DNA of 63,964 nt, counting the filler, from an uncultured Myxococcia bacterium (GTDB lineage: Bacteria; CAZTWC01): NCBI GenBank assembly GCA_964617105.1. It is 11 parts of 11 records of this genome, joined end to end, with 100 filler letters (N's around TTAATTAATTAA, not from the genome) between each part and the next. Parts side by side here need not be neighbours in the genome. Positions count along the whole stretch, not along the records: positions 60,097 to 63,964 come from CAZTWC010000341.1; 10 more parts are not named here. One strand, written 5' to 3'. Below, piece by piece: positions 60,312 to 63,964 of the stretch. The notes beneath the pieces were generated by a model. That model worked only from the letters and a program-made list of their open reading frames with translations, did no database searches and had not been told where the DNA came from. A program made the position numbers and the translations under genes. Position 1 is the stretch's first letter; each line of letters opens with the position of its first letter.

Positions 60312-62299
60312 TTACCTCAGTTTAAACTCGGAAATATCTTCCTGAAAACGATTGCTCATCTCTGATAATGCTATTATCGACTGGGTTATCTGGGCGCTGC
60401 CACTGGCAGATTCTTTGATTATATTTGAAATTTCGGCAATGCTCATCAACACCTGTTCGGTATTGTTTTTTTGTTCTCCGGTAATTTGAGATATCGATTT
60501 AATCGATTCGGTAGTTCCCTCTACCATCTCCTGAATTTTTTTAAACGCCTCCATGGTCTCCCCGGCCAGGGAAACTCCGCGTTGGGTAAGTTTGATCCCC
60601 TCTTCTGTGGCGATGACCGAGGAGTTGACCGCTACCTGGATATCTTTTGTTAACTCTTTTATATTATTGGCTGATTGGCTGACGCTCTCCGCCAATCTTC
60701 TCATCTCCATAGCCACCAGAGAAAAACCTTCACCAGCCTCTCCAGCCTTTGTACCCTCCAGGGCAGCATTAAGAGCCAGAATATCGGTTTTTTCGGCAAT
60801 GCTTCTAATCAAATCCAAAATATTTTCGATTTGCTGGCTGCTGGTATTGACTGCCATTATTTTTTCGGCAATAGTAGTATTTTGCCGCTGTATTTTTTCT
60901 ATCTCCTCTTTCATACTTTTTACTACCACCAGACCTTTGGTAGAGGCTTCTTTGCTGTGAAGGCCAACAGTGGCCAGATGGGAGGTATTATCGGCAATAT
61001 TTGCTGAGGTGGCAGAAAGACTTTCTACCGCCATTTTGATCTCTTCTACCGAGGAACTCTGGTTAATGGCGCCTTGCTCTGCTTCACGTGCCGAAGCCAT
61101 AATTTCGTTGGAAGTTCTCTTAATATGATCAATAGATTCTTTTACATCTCTAATGATCTTTTCCAAATTATCGTACATTCTTTGGAATGATTTGCCCAGG
61201 TCCCCTTTTATGTCAGTCTCAGTTATTTCCAGGAGCAATTTCTTATCGGCTATTTCTGCTAAATTATTTGATAAAGTTTTTAGTCCAAGAACCATTTCTG
61301 CAAAAGCATTGCCCAGAACCCCTCTGGAATTGTTACTCAAAAGGGGATTATTAAGATCGCCTGAAGCAATAACCCGGGCCTGGTCAGCCATTTGGCGCAG
61401 ATTTTTAACCATAACGGCAAAAGCATTGCCCAACCGTCCTTCAATTCGGTTGTCAAGTATTTGTTCAAATAGGTTGTCTTTGGATATCACCTCTGCTTGC
61501 TGGGACAATAACTGCATATTGTTGACCAACTCTTTAAAAGATGACTTCATTTCGTTCAATTCACTGCAGGAATAGGTTTCCATTTTCAACTCGTTGAAAT
61601 TTCCCTTGGAAATACGCCGGGAAATATTGGTCATTTGTAAAATAGGCCGGGAAATTTTGGCGGCTAAAAGCAGGCTGAGCAACAGGGCTAAAACTATAAA
61701 ACCAACAGCGACTAAAGCAATCATAATTGCCCTATCTTTAATTTTAGCATAAAAAAAATCAACCCGATAATCAACCTCCAGAACACCGTCAATAGTACCA
61801 TCACTGGCTCTAACCGGGGCAAAGGCTGAGATCCAGGACCCCACCCCCTTGGTGGTATAAATAGGGGTGTAAAGGAACTTGCCTCTTTCTGAAACCTCTA
61901 ATAATTTTCGTTGAATCTCTTCTGAAGATGGAATATATTTATTACCAATATAGGGATTTCTGTCGGTCATGGTCACAAACTCCCAGGCACCTTCAGTTCT
62001 TCTCAAGGTATATATTTCGGTATCAAGATTGTTGTTCTCCTTTATTTTTAAAAGGTTAACCACAATTTTGTTAAATCCTTCAGAATTGGCATGTTCCATG
62101 CTGAAAATATCCTGGTGAAGGTCGCCTCTACCGCCACCACACCGGTTTTAGCAATATTGAGCAGGTTTTTGCCAATCATTTGCTCCAGTTCAATGGAATT
62201 GAAGTAAAAGACAATACCGTTGGTTATTAGAATGGATAATGCGGTAATCAATGAAATGGTTAACACCAATTGAAAACGCAAGGATTTATTTTTTAGCAT
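60312..62299 (-). pseudogene. Methyl-accepting chemotaxis protein with a 1-nt frameshift near 62127 (pseudogene or sequencing error)
   Basis: TM1 in 62048-62299; Cache-like sensor, TM2, multiple HAMPs and signalling domain (IAEKTDILALNAALE..KAGEAGEGFSLVA.E) in 60312-62099; one added base joins AKTGVVAVE to GDLHQDIFSMEHAN. Confidence 0.8.
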
Positions 62300-62490
62300 A
62301 TTTACCTCATTGAACTAGCGTCTACATGATTTGCAGCAGAATTGTTCCCCTTGCCAGGGGCTTTAGGATGAACACGTTCTAAAAATCTGACTATATAACT
62401 ACTATATTATAATAATTTTAAACCCAAAAAAACACAAATAAATTTTTTAAAAAATCTAAACAAAATAAATGATAACGGTAAAATGATTTT

Positions 62491-63873
62491 ATGAAAACAA
62501 TTATACAATTCCATCCATCCTATTGGCAACGTCATAAAAAACAATTATGCCTGGTGTTATTTGGCATTATCAGCGAACTTATCTACTTGTTATTTTTGCG
62601 TAATCCAGAGATACAGAAAAATGTATACTATTTCTTAATGGCCCAAACCGGGTTATTTGCCGTTTTCTTTTTAGCCTCCTGGAGTATAGCCAGAAAAGAT
62701 AATGACCCAGAAACTATCAACCCGGAAAAGAATCGTTTTCTGCTGGTTATTTTGGTTTTTATGGCTTTGCTTTTTCGTTTGAGCATTCTAGACACCCTCC
62801 CTATTTTTGATGATGATATCTGGCGTTATCTTTGGGACGGCCTGGTTGGTTCCAAAGGGATCAATCCATACGCATTTGAACCTGGTCACCCCAGTCTAAT
62901 AGATTTGCGGCCTTCATATTTTGATAAAATCGGCTTTAAACACATTCCCACCATTTATCCGCCCGTGGCTCAAATATTTTTTCAGTGGGTCAATTTCATG
63001 GGTGGAGGAACGCTTTTAGGTATGAAAATAGGGGTGTTTATTTTTGATGTGGGCACAATTTTTATTCTATGGTCTATTTTGGCTCATCTAAAGATGGATC
63101 CGGCTTTTTTAATTTTTTACGCCTGGAATCCGCTGGTTATCAAGGAGTTTGCCAACAGCGGTCATATGGACTCCTTGCCCATCTTTATGCTCTCTTTGGC
63201 CGTATTGCTGTTTTTAAAAAATAAAAAAATTCCCTGTTACCTGGTTCTCTCCCTCTCGGTCTGGAGTAAATTTTTTCCTATATTTATCGCCCCAATCTTA
63301 CTGGGAGTTAGTCTGGCCGGATGGCTGACTTTAATTTTGACTGGATTGTTTTTTTATCTACCATTTTTAGATTTGCCCATAGAATCAATTTTTCAGGGAC
63401 TATCAACCTACCATCAATACTGGCGGTTTAATCCCGGTCCCTTTGATCTGCTGTATTATTGTTTTAATCTATTCAGCGGTTCTATTACCTCAGCCAAATA
63501 TCTACTTTACATCACTTTGACCGGCCTGAGTATCTTTTTGGCCATAAAAAGCGCATATAAAAATCAAATACAGAAAATATACTACTGTTTTTGGATCATT
63601 GCTACTGTTATTATCACCTCACCAGTGGTTGATCCGTGGTATGTTTGCTGGGTAGTGCCATTTTTGGTTATCTTTTCATCTCCCCCCTGGCTATCTTTTT
63701 GTTGGCTGGTTAATTTATCTTATCTATTTTGGGTTCAAAACCAGGATATGATTGCCTGGAGATATGGCGAATATGCCCTATTTTTCCTGTTATTTCTGTG
63801 CTGCCATTATTCTCGGAACCGGAAAATCAGTTATCCGTCAAATTCTCGCGACAAAGTTATTTTTCGGAACTAA
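62491..63873 (+). CDS. GT-C polyprenol-phosphate-sugar glycosyltransferase (GT87/DUF2029-like)
   Basis: Multi-TM; DDIWRYLWDG, NPY, TIYPP, YAWNPL..KE...SGHMD, PWY. Confidence 0.82.
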   Translation: MKTIIQFHPSYWQRHKKQLCLVLFGIISELIYLLFLRNPEIQKNVYYFLMAQTGLFAVFFLASWSIARKDNDPETINPEKNRFLLVILVFMALLFRLSILDTLPIFDDDIWRYLWDGLVGSKGINPYAFEPGHPSLIDLRPSYFDKIGFKHIPTIYPPVAQIFFQWVNFMGGGTLLGMKIGVFIFDVGTIFILWSILAHLKMDPAFLIFYAWNPLVIKEFANSGHMDSLPIFMLSLAVLLFLKNKKIPCYLVLSLSVWSKFFPIFIAPILLGVSLAGWLTLILTGLFFYLPFLDLPIESIFQGLSTYHQYWRFNPGPFDLLYYCFNLFSGSITSAKYLLYITLTGLSIFLAIKSAYKNQIQKIYYCFWIIATVIITSPVVDPWYVCWVVPFLVIFSSPPWLSFCWLVNLSYLFWVQNQDMIAWRYGEYALFFLLFLCCHYSRNRKISYPSNSRDKVIFRN

Positions 63874-63964
63874 TATTGTATTGCCAAATTAACTAATTTG
63901 ATGTATATAAAACTCACATTCCCCACCCCTACCAAATTAATATCCCTATTTTATCAAACTATAA

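Noticed and set aside
62300..62490. c-di-GMP riboswitch or sigma54 promoter upstream of the MCP
   Set aside because: Only a small CCCCT/GGGG hairpin; consensus motifs not matched.

Overview
This is not one locus. It is 11 unrelated ~5.8-6.1 kb contigs from a fragmented, probably metagenome-assembled genome, joined in decreasing length order by artificial 100-nt N44-TTAATTAATTAA-N44 linkers, so neighbourhood is only meaningful within a contig. The DNA is AT-rich (roughly 40% GC by eye), yet the gene repertoire looks like Myxococcota/deltaproteobacteria: Hanks-type kinases with PEGA domains, a MYXO-CTERM-type Cys-rich matrixin, a MopE-repeat lipoprotein, an extended S41 protease, lysS-lolE-lolD-bamA and yggS-divIVA-yggU. 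Contigs in order: (1) long CheX-like gene, lysS, lolE, lolD, bamA; (2) amidase, PilZ-HDOD, yggS, divIVA, yggU, tandem ArsA/Get3 ATPases; (3) broken gpsA-like gene, App1-like phosphatase, BtuFCD-type ABC importer, two putative beta-barrels; (4) kinase start, REC-HDOD, RPE-like palindrome, matrixin, PldB-like lipase; (5) exbBD, lipase, trmB, eukaryote-type UGPase; (6) kinase-PEGA / PEGA / lipoprotein / giant Ig-lipoprotein module; (7) unusual nucleotide-sugar cluster; (8) radical SAM, hicA relic, PHP, udk, MopE-repeat protein; (9) S41 protease operon and DNA methylase; (10) contractile-tail baseplate and fibre module; (11) frameshifted MCP and GT87 glycosyltransferase. No rRNA, tRNA, CRISPR array or transposase was recognised. 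The best leads are the RPE-like palindromic element, the kinase-PEGA-lipoprotein surface module, the baseplate module, the sugar pathway and the ArsA pair. All family calls come from motif recognition, not from database searches.
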